A stretch of 36,472 nucleotides of DNA, taken from the NCBI GenBank assembly GCA_003990765.1, contig RBNJ01000216.1, positions 1 to 36,472 of the forward strand, written 5' to 3'. Both the position numbers and the translations under genes were made by a program. Of the stretch, positions 13,618 to 26,260 are shown piece by piece. Each line of letters starts with the position of its first letter. The stretch's first letter is position 1. The DNA comes from Jimgerdemannia flammicorona. Taxonomy: Eukaryota. Below the pieces are notes generated by a model, which was not told the origin of the DNA, made no database searches, and saw only the letters and a list, made by a program, of their open reading frames with translations.

Positions 13618-13632
13618 GCCAGCTTAGTAGTA

Positions 13633-16600
13633 GCTCTGTTACTCAAGAAGTCAATCTTAGAGTTTGTAGTCACTCTGTACTTCCAGGGCTTGGTAGTGAT
13701 GGCAAAAATGGTCTTAAGTTTAATTGCTAAGCAGATGGATGGTGTGGCATCTGTGAAGTTCCTGAGGAGTAGAAGGAGTAGAGATGGGCTTCAAGGAGGC
13801 AGGGCCATTGGAGGCTACACTGAAGGTGGGGCTGACTGTTGGAGAGATATGTGTTCTAATGGTGTGATGCTTGAGGTGGGACTCCAGGGTAGTGCAACTT
13901 CTGGTGAAAGTAGTACCTGTGATGATAGCTATAGAGATGAGGAGGAGAGGGGAGGAGGTTATGGCTGGGTTTGGAGAGGTGGTCAATGTTAGATTTCAGG
14001 TTTGAGAAGAAACTGTATTCAGAATAGGGGATGTTGATATTCAGCTTTAGCTGGCTGGGAGGGAGGCTATTGGGAAGACTTGTGATTAGCTGTTAGTGAT
14101 AGTATTGAGGGCCTTTATGTGTAAGATAATGAGGGTGAAAGAGAGTGAGGAATAGGAGAAGGATTTATTAGAGATATTGAAGGAGCTGAGTGATATAGTA
14201 GAGCAGAGGGCAAAGGCTTGGAAGGCATATATAGAGTTGACACACTTAGAGATAGTGGATGAGAAGCTTGTCTGCATTGATAAAGAGCTGTAGGAGAGGT
14301 CTCAAGGGTGCTAGAGATAGAGGAAGTTGCTGGCAAACCTAGAAGAGAAGGTAAAGAAGGATACTTGTGATATTGAGAGCTTTGGGGTGTCAAAGTGAGT
14401 TTCTGGGCCAGTGAGAGAGGAAAGAATATGAAGAAGGGTCCAGAAGAGGCCAGGAAGATCCTGAGAAATGACTCTTATCAGGAGGGGTCCAGCCTCAAGA
14501 GGCAGGGCAGCAGAAGATGTGCCTATGTGGGGGGCTCAGTATATACACTTTGGAGTCCTCACAATTGAGAAAGGAGGTCTGGTGGTAGCAGCAGAGGATG
14601 AACTGATGGATGTCCCTAAGGAGGAATGAAATGAGACAGCAAGTACTGGGGCAGATATCTCAATGCTGGGAGAGGAGAGACTGGTAACTCCAGGGAGAAG
14701 AGAGGTGGGAAACTTACAGTAGATATGTCAGCTGATGAACAACTTGGTGGCTGAAGAGTTGGAGGAAGTGGACCTGAGAGTGCTTAGTGATGACCAATGG
14801 GTGTGGATCTTGTAGAGTGATAGAGTGGTAGAGGCCCCGAAGGTAGAGGTACTTGCTGTTTTCTTGGAAGAGGAAGGATATGAGGTTAACAAAGTGAGGA
14901 AGGTAGAACTGGCAGTGGTTGCTGGGGAGAGGGCTGCCCTCTGGTGGGTGGAGCAATATGGACTGCAGCTCTGGCAGAAACCTTGCTTGGAGTATTATGA
15001 GGCCTTTGAAGAAAAGGAGGATGGAGAGCTAGTGGAGCTTCTAGTGAGATTGGAGGCCAAGAGAGTTAAAGAGGAGGAGGTGACTGCTGAATGCAATTTG
15101 ACTTTACACAGTAGGAGATAAATGTGAAGTTGTAGAGAGAGTGCTTGACTTTTAACATTTTCTCATATAAACAGTACAACTAGCATTTTTTCTTTAAACA
15201 TGAATAGACTATGGGGATCAGTGAGATAAAGAAAGATTTTTACTTGGATGAAGAGATTAGAGGCTAATCTCTTTCTATTGCAGGATGCCAGATGTGAGGA
15301 TAACTTGGATAGGATAGATTGGATGAATGAATGGGGAAGTGAGGCAGTATGGAAGGATAAGTTTGGGATCTTGGTTTGGAGAGGCAAAGGGGAGATACAT
15401 AAGGTGGAGAGCTGGGGGGACCAGCTAGTATGGGGAGAGTGGCTTCAGCCTAGTTGGGAGCCAGTTACAGTGGGTTCATGCTACTGCCCTGCTGTACAGA
15501 GTAAGTGGGTGTAGTGGGTGGAAGAACTCTGAGAAAGTGGGGCCCTCATAGAGGCCAGAGTGGACATTCTTGGAGGGGACTTTAATATGGTCCAAGATGT
15601 ACTGGTGGATATGACTGATGGAGAGAGAGTGGCTGAGAGTAGGAGCAGGGGCTTGGAGGTGTGAGAGGAGGTAAAAAGGCTGGGCTTCCCTGATGGATAC
15701 TGGAAGGAAATTCTGTAGAGATGGAAGGGTGTATATGTACTGGATAAATGGCCTAGAGATGAGGAGTGACTGGGTGCTAATAGCAGATTGCTGGGGTCTG
15801 GATGTTTGGAAGTTACTGGAGGCTGAGTAGTTTCTGTGGTCTGATCATTGGTGGCTGTTGGGGCAGAGACATTTTGAGGGAAGTGGGAATGGGTCTGGAT
15901 ATTAGTGCATCAATTTCTCTTTGTTGGCTGAGAAGGCATTGTGGGACAAGTGGGCTGAGGACATTCAGTAGAGAGTGGAGAGTTGGGTATAGGAGGGTGC
16001 TCCAATTAGTGTCTGATAGATAAGGTTGAAGGAGACTGCTAATTTATTAGAGGGAGGTGGGCAAGGAGGTAGGCAGGTAGAGAAGGAGGAGAGTGGACTG
16101 GACTTCTGCTAGACTTGCTCAGATTTTGGAAAATTGGGTAAGGCTTTTGGCCTTGGAGGGGGTGGAGAACTGGTAGTTGAGACAGGCTAAGCTAGAGGCT
16201 GCAGAGTTACAACAGGTGCTGAGTGAGGAGGAGGAGTTAGAGGTACAGACTTTAGCTGCCCAATTATGCTAGCAGGGGCTGGAGGAGGGGGAGAGGCCTT
16301 CTAAGTATCTTTCAAGGATCCTGTGGGCAAGAAGAGTGAGGCAGAGATGAGAGGGATTACTGAATTCTGATGGGCTACTGATGTATAGTTTACAGAACAT
16401 TTTGGACTCGCTCAAGGAAAGGTGGAGTGGTTTGTAGAGTGAGGAAGAGTGTGGGGCTGAGGCTGCTACCATTGCACATACATTGGAGGATTTGTACACA
16501 CCACAAGTAGATGAGTTGAACAGTTTGGCAATGCCAGTTCAGGAGGAAGAGATTTGCCAGATTCTTGCTATGACTATGCTGGGTATGACACCTGGAGAGG

Positions 16601-18512
16601 ATGCTCTGCTCTGGGATTTTCAGAAGAAGATGCTGGGAGTACCTGGGGTGCTGGGAGAGATGATAGCACTGTGTGACTTGATACTACAGTCAGAGAGGTG
16701 GGTGGGTGAGCAAGATCTGGGACTGGTGGCATTACTTTATAAGGAAAGGAGTAGTAGAGATGACTGAAAGAATTGATGGCCTATCATACTTCTGAATATG
16801 GATAGAAAGTTGGTCACCAAGGTGGTGGTGGCCAGACTGAGAAGGTGGCCCAGTAAATCTTAGATGAGAAATAGTGAGGATTTGTAGGATGCCAGCTCAT
16901 TAGGAAAGGTACTGTATGAGTATATGGTATCATTGAAGAGACTCAAGCCTGTGGACTGGATGGGAGATTGGTCTTCTTGGATCAGGAGAAGGCTTATGAT
17001 CATATTCAGTAGGTCTGGTTGGTGAAGGTGTTAGATAGGAATGGTGTCCCTTGGCAGTTCTAGGTAGTAATGATCAGCCTACTGGAAGGGAGTAGAGTAG
17101 CAATCATATGCAATGGGCATTATGGGGTGGCTTTTTCTCTGGGTAGGTGTGTCCCCCAGGGGGATCCAATGTTCTCTATTCTGTATGCTTTATCCTTGGA
17201 GCCCTTGATGGACAGAATTCAGCAGAAGGTAGTGAGGCTCTCACTATTTGGAATGGTGTGGAAAGTCAGGGCATTTGTGGATGATATGATAGTTGGTCTG
17301 GGATCAGTGGCTGATGTTGAGGAACTCTGGAAAATGGTGGAGTGGTATGAGGTGCACTCTGGGGCGAAGCTCAACTGGCACAAGTATGAAATGATAGTAT
17401 TGGACAATGGCCTAGTAGGAGGGGATATTATTGAAACAATTGCCCTACTGGTGAAGCTGTGAGGTACTTAGGTATTTATCTTTCAGTATATGGGTCTGTT
17501 CTATCATGAACTTAGTGGAAGCAGCAGGTAGCTATCTGGGGGGAGGCTCTGCAGAGTTGGGGAGGCCACCACTTGTCTTTGGCAAAGTATGTTTCGATTT
17601 TGAATGTCTACTGACTGCCCAAGCTATGGTATTTACTTATCATTTGGATTTTCTGACCTGGGTAGTGAAGAGGTTATTGAATATAGCCAAAGGTTGGATC
17701 TGGGCTAGAAGGAGAAGTCAGATTAGTTGGGAGATCTTGTTGCTGCTAGTGGCTAGAAGAGGCCTAGTGCTGGTTGACTTCTTGAAGAGGCTGCATTGTT
17801 TAAAGGTATGGTGGCTGAAGTGAGCAGTAGAACTAAGGGGTTGTAGTTGGGTTTCTCTGTTGAAGAAAGTCTGAGAGAGAAGGTTCTTACCAAGAGGCTC
17901 TACAGGAGATCTACTGTTCTTGGTTGGGCTTCAGATCAGTGGGTACATATAGTATAGGGAATTCTGGTAGAGAGTAGTTGATAGGGTGCACTGCATCAGT
18001 ATTTGTTAACAGGGGGCTGAAGGGGAGATACCTTGGGGCCCAGCAATGTAGGGGTGGGATCAAGTACTGTTAGGGGGTACTTCCTTAATTAAGTTTAATA
18101 TTAATAATAGAATCAGGTGTCAGCAGAGATTGGGACAGGATGTTTGGCCCAGTAGGTGGCAGATAGCAGGTATTGGTGAAGAGTGAGATTGGAATAGGGT
18201 CTGGGCCTGGAGTGTGGAGGTACAGCAATAGATGCTATCTAGGTATTGGGTGGTATGGTGGTACATTCTGTAGAGGAATGTCATGCTCAACTTTTGCTCA
18301 GGCCACCTGATAGAGGGGAGTAACTTTGACTATAAGGAGTGTTATAATGTAGAACAGAAAGAGGGGTTTGTGCAGATACTAGAACATTGGCTGAGAGAGT
18401 GTGAGATATCTAGTAACTTTTGGTTAACAGTTGGGAATTAATTGGGTGTTGTGAGGAGGGGACATGGTGAGAGAGATTGATGTGAGGATCTGAGAGATAG
18501 ATTGGTAGGGGG
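13633..18512 (+). mobile_element. L1/Tx1-like LINE, copy B (5' truncated, diverged subfamily) with near-complete decayed ORF2
   Basis: Begins mid-ORF1 (matches 34797 onward); ORF2 from ATA 15167: endonuclease (GGDFN), RT (LDQEKAYD, VPQGDP, AFVDD, SGAKLN), C-terminal Cys/His finger remnant (EHWLREC) at ~18340-18410. Confidence 0.92.
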
Positions 18513-19925
18513 CACTCATATATTTATATTAGTAGTGGCCTACTTCTCAGCAGGTATAGCAGATATCTCTCTTCTTATCTATGATTATGGCAAACTTCTA
18601 AACTGGGCAGCAATCTCTCTTTCTGATTTCCTTTTCTATATCTTTTAGATGAAAAGTAATTTCAGCAAACTTTTTAGTAAGTTTCTCCATAAGATCACTA
18701 TTTCTCTGATGCTTGATAACTCTTAACTCAGGTGTGTTTTGATTGATTACTATGATAGAGATTACACTAATTATTTTAGATACTTCAATTATAATACCAG
18801 TGACTCTTTCCATTATATAGTCTTATAGATATCTGATAATTTAATATCACTTAATATAGGTGATCTTCTGTGACAAATCTAGGACTACTAGTGATGAGCA
18901 GATGATCATGGCTATCTCTCCTTTCATAAAGGTTGTATCAGCTACTTGGTCTTAGTTATATTAGTATATTCTGTAAGAGTTATCTAATATCAGATTCTAA
19001 TATAAAATGTATTTGGATCCTCACTCATTCCTTAGTATATTATATTAAGCAAATCTTTCAGAGCTTGCTTAATATTATCTTTATAATAGGTCGCTCAGAG
19101 CTAGGCCTTCTGTGCTGTCAGCACAGTACTATCATCATTTTCTATATAGATTATAGTTGTAAATACTGCTCTTGCTGCATCTCAGAGACTGAATGATATG
19201 AGGGCTACTTGCTGTCTTGTTATCAGAGTTCTTATAGCAGTATACTACTCAAAATTATCAATAAAGATAATGATTGATTCATCTAAAGTATATTCAAAGT
19301 ATACTGGTGATCTTATATCTATCTCATCTAGATATCTTAATTCAGTTTGTATATTTGTTTAGGTAATAGTAATTGTTTGTTGTTTTGCTTGAAAGTGAAG
19401 GATTTATCTTAAATCACAAGTTAATAGATACTAAGTTTTAATATAGTGGACATATAACTGTATAAGTCTATGAATTTCAATATATATTTTGAAAACTTGA
19501 TTTTCTTTAACTCTACAGAGTCCTCAGTATTCAAGAGTGAGTAAGTTGAAATATATCTGCCTGCAGGCATACTAGTTCTCTTTCTTCCTCTTTTTTTTAA
19601 ACTATTTTGATCTGAGTTTTATTTACTCTAGATATTGGAGATATTAATATAAGTTTGCTAGTTATAAGGTGGCTAAGTTATGACTATATTTCCTATAAGA
19701 TGCTTTTTACAAGTATTGAATCTTTTCAATATTTACTAGAATTTTGATGATTGTAAATATTTCAATATCTGCAGAATCTTTAGCAGTTGTTAAAGTTTTT
19801 TACATTTGTAAAATATATAGCTACTATTTATAAGGCTATGCTATATTTGAGAATTAGATTCAGATATTGTAATCAAATATCTATTTCTTTAATTTATATT
19901 ACTAATTCAAATTAACTATTATAGT
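18513..19925 (-). mobile_element. Second, partial copy of Gypsy A (5' LTR ~19435-19925 plus gag up to the knuckle)
   Basis: Colinear with 6961-8368, e.g. ORF 18933-19196 vs 7365-7574; LTR third copy. Confidence 0.9.
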
Positions 19926-19929
19926 ATAT

Positions 19930-21000
19930 TATAGCTAAAATAAACTAAAACAGACTAGCTAGAAAAGAGGCAATATAGTGAGCTCTAGTCTAAACTATAC
20001 TATATATATAAAAATAGTCTATTTTAGACTTCTTCTCTCTTTGAAGTTTGAATTATATTCTAACTCTAAGAAGTAAAATTTATTATTCTTTATTTTAAAA
20101 CTATAAACTTTTATATATAAATAAAAAAATATATCAAACCTAATATTATTTGAAAGCTCTAGAATTATTTATTTACTAAATATATATATAATATTACCTA
20201 ATTAGAACTATTATATAATAGATTAGTTAAATTAATATATATAAATAACTTTATAAATTAGAGTAAATATATTATAGTTTAATTTGCTATAGTAAATTAT
20301 AAAAGACTTTAAAAGACTGAAAGATTCTAGAATCTAATATATCAATTTAAGTTATAAAACACAAAAATAAAAAAATAGATTATATTATAAATTAAATATT
20401 AAGAAACTCAGATTAGATACTCAGCTAAATAAATTAAGTCAAAAAATCAGTATTGGGATTAAAAAATCATAATTAAGATTTTTATTAATAGTATATTGAG
20501 CTATACTTAAATTAATAAAAGATATAATATATATACTATAATATATATATTAGAAAATTTGATTAATATCATATATAAGAGTAATAAATATATCAATAAT
20601 TTTAAATTTAAATAATATATAAGTTTGAATATTTTTAAGTTCTAATATAGTAATATTATTATTATTTATAATTAAAATACTAGTATATTTTATATTAAAT
20701 AATAATAAAAATACTAAAAATGGTATAATCTTTTAGAAGATATACTTAAATGAGTTAGAGAAAGTATTAGATAATATAGAGATAATTTAGAATGAAAATC
20801 ATATTTGGACTTTAAAAAAAGTACAGCAATACAAAAGAAACAAAGAGAACTGTGATAGAGAAAGCAACTATAATGACTGAAATATACTGTAGATAAAATA
20901 AATATAAAATCAATATTATATAACTTATACTAACAGAAGTATTCATTTGTAAGTATCAAATTAAAGTGTATGGTGTATTAGACTGTATTTTAAGGTCCTC
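19930..21000. other. Extremely AT/TpA-rich relic, probably fully eroded TE
   Basis: No CpG, dense TATA runs; the last 300 bp look like eroded coding sequence. Confidence 0.45.
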
Positions 21001-21263
21001 TGAAAGTATTACAAAGATTGTCCAATAGATCCCGAAAGTCAAAAAGACCCATGCCCCAAGTACCTGTGCTTAAATTGCATGCGGTATAATATCATTAAAA
21101 TCTCGACATCAAAAGGAATCTCGGTAAATGAAAGTCAAGGGCAATGTAGAATTTGTTTATTTTTTATTTTATACATACACGTTAGGAGCTATGTTATTAT
21201 ATCTGGAAGCCGCAGCACAGTTAAAAAGAAATGCTTACACCATAACCACCACCACTGCCATTC

Positions 21264-23064
21264 TCACCGCCGTATCCTCTTCTTGAACCGCTCAGGAACG
21301 ATATCGTCCGTTGCCATTTCGCCTGTCGTATGTCAGCCCGCGGCCACGACCCGAGCCCGAGCCCTCAGCGGCCGGCGAGGCGTTTGGATTTGGCGCCTTG
21401 CGGAACTCGTGGTCTGACTGGACTTCACGGCCTTGGGAGACTGCGATAAGCAGAAGAGTTTGATGGGTAAGGTAAGAATCGGAAGGGGTAGAAGAAGAAC
21501 GGGGAAGCTGGACTTACATTGGTCTGTCGCGATATAGTTCGAGCCGGCAATTTGCTCCTGTTAATGCAAGGGTCGTCATTACAATCTTGATATAGGGATT
21601 TTGTGTATCTTATAAAACAAACTAATGGGGTTTCAAGTCTTGCACATCGCGACTTACCACATCCTTCTTTTGCTGATCCTCAGTCACTTTCCGCCTCGCC
21701 TTGCGACCTACCACATCCTTAACCCCATTCTGCCGATACTCAATCATTTTCTGCTTCGCCTTGCGGCCTACCACATCCCTCTCCTCCCCCTGCCGATCCT
21801 CAATCATTTTCCGCTTCGCCTGGCGACCTACCACATCACTCTACTCCCCCTGCCGATCCTCAATCTTTTTCAGCTTCGCCTTCTCTATCTCCTCGACTTT
21901 CTTTAATTGTACGCTACGCATCGATTAAGAAGATATGGTGAGAGGGCCGTACACATTCAATCTCCAACGTGACATTCTAATCCTCCCGCGGTGCCGCAAT
22001 TCCCAATTGGAAAAAACAAAAAGCACATGTCAAACCCTTCTCGCCTCTTCAAAATCGCCCTACTCACTCAATCTCAAGATCAGCCTCTGGAATTACTGAC
22101 AACATCTGTGTGGACCATTGCACGTTCCCCTTAGCCACCGGCTTGGCCTCGATCTGCACGATACATAATGTACGTAAAACGACGTTAATATTTCCTTCTC
22201 TTCTGTGCATCTGAATCACAACCATGGGAAACATCGTTTCTAAATCAACACATACATTGAGCTCGGGAACTTCGTAGAGCTCGTCATAGTTATCTTCGAA
22301 CCTGGGCTCCTCATCCACCTCCTCTTCCTCCTTGGGTTCGATAGATTGACCGCATTGACGTTTGAGCTCCGCTTCGATGTATGTCACCCTATTGCGGGAC
22401 AGGAATTAAGTATATAATTGATATTATGTATATAAAAAGGTCTAAATACTGTATTGTGAAGGAATGGCCAAAAGACAAAAGCGAATACTTACATGTCCAT
22501 ATCAACATCGAACGTGTTCCTTTGCTTGGCATAGGTATAGCGTTTCATTCCTTTTTCAGCGCCTGTATCATTTTCTCTGTCAATCAATACAATAAAATCA
22601 AACTCATGAAAAATGCGCCATTGAGAATTCAACCCAAAATAACACCCGCCAGAAAACTGTGATGAGACAAACCTCTCCGCCGCGCGAACGTCTTCCATGT
22701 TCACAATCCTACCAGTCTCGAGCTGCCACTGGTCATTCACAGCCTTCCTCCATTTCTTCTTCCTCTTCTTTTGACCCTTGGACAGCTTCTGCGCGTCGAT
22801 CTCTTGCGGCCGCTGGCGAAGCTTACGTAGCTGCAAGGTCTCGCTACATGCAATGGTGAGGAAGGAGAGTGAGTCGGCGTGGAGTTGAGACGGGGCAAGG
22901 GTCAGGTGCTCTTTGATTATCGATATTATCGATGCAAACCTGAGATCTTCATGGGCCACGGCATTTTCCTTATGGTCCTTGTGCTTCTCCCCCGTCTCGG
23001 TTATATCTTTCGAAAACAATGACTCGTCATCGTCGGATATCAGCTTCTTTCCGTAGTTCCGCAT
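21264..23064 (-). pseudogene. tls1: C9orf78/Tls1 (Hep_59 family splicing factor) homolog, disrupted or truncated
   Basis: Spliced model: 23064-22940, 22843-22673, 22576-22493, 22388-22256, 22153-22068, 21913-21658, 21557-21518, 21440-21264, all GT-AG. Motifs: LRKLRQRP.EIDA, DVDMDMVTYIEAELKR, DELYEVPE, STQMLSVIPEADLEIDVQLKKVEEIEKAK, MATDDIVPERFKKRIRR*. In-frame TAG at 21841-21843 and a frameshift near 21320. Confidence 0.85.
21652..21882 (-). repeat. ~4 copies of a 60-bp (last 54-bp) coding tandem repeat, KAKRKMIEDRQGEERDVVGR
   Basis: Period 60 visible on lines 21661-21900; each unit contains GATGTG|GTAGGY or GTAAGT. Confidence 0.95.
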
Positions 23065-23209
23065 TTTTGTGTACAATGTTGGGAATGGTGGTGTGGGTAG
23101 CACAAGTGGGGAATTCGTGTTTATACACCAAGCCACAAATCGAACGATAAATTGATAAACACAATGGGAGAAAAACAATAGCAAACTGGTGGAAGAATTG
23201 TAACCTACT

Positions 23210-23636
23210 TCATCCTCCACGGCCTCGTCCTCGCCTTCCTTCCCCCTTTTCCCTTTCGGCGTGCGCTTCTTCTTCGGCTTCTTCTGTCAAATGTAATCCA
23301 GGTGCACCTATTACGTATTCATTCTAATGTAATTACTTATAAAAATTCATGTGCCCCCAATACGAACTGTACCTTGGCACTATGGTTTTTCTTTTCCTCC
23401 GTCACCTCCGGCCATTCGAAATTTTCAAAGCCCTTAGCAGCGTCGCGAAAGTGCTGATCGACTTCCTCCAAGTCTTCGGGCTCTATCTTGATTACGAGCT
23501 CACTCGACACAAACACCAACGCACCAAGGGCAGGGATTTCACAAGAAGAAGCAGCAGCACCCGACAAACTGCTGGAAGATGAATCTCGGGAGACCGCGAG
23601 AGGTGATCCAAGAGAGGCAGTGGATGTTGCCTGCAT
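23210..23636 (-). CDS. Two exons of an unidentified gene (Ser-rich, acidic, Lys-rich NLS-like) in frame with the Tls1 homolog
   Basis: ATG 23636; intron 23372-23284 (GTACAG...TTTGACAG) keeps frame: ...GFENFEWPEVTEEKKNHSAK/KKPKKKRTPKGEKGKEGEDEAVEDE, then GTAGGT donor at ~23208. Confidence 0.6.
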
Positions 23637-23808
23637 GTTAGTCGTAACGGGCGAGCGAGACAAGCGAGAGAAATTCTCATTAATAATGTGGCTTATATGT
23701 AACTACGTCATCTTTGAGTTACGTCACTCGACATGTAAATACGCGCTATCTGGAATAATAAACAGTGTTCTTTTCTCCCCACTCCATATTCCCAACTAAG
23801 ATACAACA
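23636..23808 (+). repeat. Putative 5' LTR of Copia copy 1, CpG intact
   Basis: Ends ...CAACA just before PBS GGTTATGAGC; holds TGTAAATA and AATAAA; left boundary uncertain (TGTTG 23625, TGTTA 23636 or later). Confidence 0.45.
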
Positions 23809-23810
23809 AA

Positions 23811-24225
23811 GGTTATGAGCTCTGCTTAGTGGCTAGTAAGAAACACCTCTTTAAGACTGTATGCTACTCTATACCAAGATATCACAACTAATAAATCAAA
23901 GGATTTATAGCAGATACTAGTATCTCTGAAATGGGTACAATGGTCACAGTTCCTGCAGCTAGCATAAATACAGCTAAGAGGTCAATTCCTACCTTTGATT
24001 ACAAGAATTATGCCATTTGGGTATTCCATATGAGCAATCTCCTGGAGGAGTATAGCTTAGCAAAGTATATAAAACTGTAAGCATAGATTCAAGATTATAA
24101 TACTTGTAATAATTACTAAGTGTTATGAGAGATTACCTTTATGTTATTAAACCAGCAAATAAAGCTTATAATGTATGCTATAATAGCCTACAATATGTAA
24201 GAAACTCTATGCTATTATTATATAT
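23811..24225 (+). mobile_element. Ty1/Copia copy 1: PBS and gag N-terminus, interrupted by copy 2
   Basis: GGTTATGAGC PBS typical of fungal Copia; SIPTFDYKNYAIWVFHMSNLLEEYSL, homologous to 24545-24790. Confidence 0.8.
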
Positions 24226-26260
24226 GTTGAGATGGTAACTCAATATATCAGCATATAACCTTATACTATTTTATTAGATTTATATCATTTATCAGTAAAG
24301 CAAGAAATATGCAATCTATACAACTTTAATAAAATGCCCTCTCTAAAGGTTATGAGCCCCACTAGTACTAAGCAGCTATAGCAAAAAGATCTCTTTAAAA
24401 TACACTATACTAGAAATGTTTGACAATTAGTTTAGTAATGTGAGCATGGAAATAGATATACCAATTGCAAGTATTCTTTCTACAGGTGTAACCTCAACTG
24501 ATATGGGAAACACAGTCTCAGTTGTTAGTATAAATATAGCCAAGAGGTCCATCCCAATCTTTGATGAGAGAGACTATACTATTTGGGCATTTTATATAAT
24601 AAATCTCCTTGATAAATACAGCTTAGTAAAGTATATGAAGCCACAAGTGCTAATTCAAGATTATGATATTGCAAATAATTATTGAGCATTATATGAGATT
24701 GTATTCATGTTGTTGAACTCACAAACAAAACTCATAATATATACTATAATGTCTCACAAGATATGAGAAGCTCTAGATAATTATCATATATAAACATCTA
24801 TATCAAAATGGTTCCACTTGAAATCTCAGCTATTCAATATTTGAATGAAGCCTAAGAAGAGTATCTATAAATATATCAGTTATGTCAACAATCTGGTGAA
24901 TCAAGTGAATTTCCTCAGCATATCTGTGGATTATATTAGAAATGAAGATAAGGTTATAGTGCTTACAAGAAGACTTCTGGATACATATAATATCATAATA
25001 GTCGCCATGTATAAGAGCAGGAGACTCTTGAATTATACTTACATAATAACAAGCCTCATGAACTAGGAAATATACCAAAGAAATAGTATCAATAATAATA
25101 AAAACACCTTCTATGGATCTCACAGATGTGGTGCCAAATAAGAAAAGTAGTAGCAACAAGATCAAAGGAGATGAATCCAAACCCAAGCTCAACAATATAA
25201 TAATCAGTCCTGCTAATCAACTAAGTATGGTGGTTACTGTGAATACTGCAGCAAGTATGGACATAGGAAATACCATTGCTATAGTTGGAAAAATGATAAA
25301 AAGAGTGGTGAAAATAAGCAATAACATGAAAGTCAGTATTGACAACATAGATGTGGGAACTATAGAAAGAAGCATGATAATACAAATACTGTTGAAACTG
25401 ATGAAAGCAGTAATCTATTTTTTGTACAAACCACTAGCTCTACTACTAATTCTGTCAGCATGAGATCTATATCTATAAAATCTAGTTAGAAGGATGATAT
25501 TTATAAACTGAAAAGTCCTATCAGCTTCAGCACCAGTTCTGCAGTACAAGATCTATTACCAAATCTACTAATCCATCATATATAAATCCCCATCAGCAAA
25601 ATACTTTTTATCCAATAAAAAGTGACAATAATATCAATACCACCAATAACCATATATTCTTTAAGTATATATCTGATGAATATACTGCCAATACAGCCAA
25701 TAACAATAATGTCTAGCTAATGAATTCTGGAGGAATACAATATATATACCACAAAAAGAATGGTTCTCTGTATGAGTCTTTTGAGCATCCTATACCTATT
25801 AAGTTAGGAGATAATAATGTAATATATGCTCAAGGAAAGGGAAATATAGAGATACATCTCCACAGAAATATTATCAAGCCTGCCACCACTCATGAGGACA
25901 TACTGTATACTCTGGAAATTAGAAAGAACCTCTGCTCTATAGGCAAGATGATGGCTTATAGTAATAAAGAAATATATATATATGCAAAGGGCACTACTAT
26001 ATATGATTTATATAATAATAAGCTAATGACAGCTTTGAAATATAGAAATCTTTATATAATCAATGGCATACCAAATGGGAATAATGCAAAAGCCTCTGCT
26101 TATGTGACAATTATATCTTATATATTCAATATACAGTATCAATACTTAAGATATATAAGTAAGATAAGTCTTAAACATATGATAAGAAGAGGCTCAGTAA
26201 AAGAATTATCAGTATATTGTGATATATCAAAACATACCACCAAGATTATAACTTAGTTAG
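24226..26260 (+). mobile_element. Ty1/Copia copy 2: short LTR, PBS, gag, protease, gag-pre-integrase; truncated
   Basis: TGTTG start; PBS GGTTATGAGCCC at 24348; IPIFDERDYTIW; UBN2-like gag; LMNSGG.QYI (ex-DSG..H), GDNNVIYAQGKGNI, DILY..EIRKNLCSIGK, NLYII. Confidence 0.88.

Noticed and set aside
21625..21928. 60-bp periodic array as CRISPR, and the plus-strand ORFs over it
   Set aside because: No unique spacers or cas genes in a eukaryotic context; the ORFs are antisense shadows of the coding repeat.
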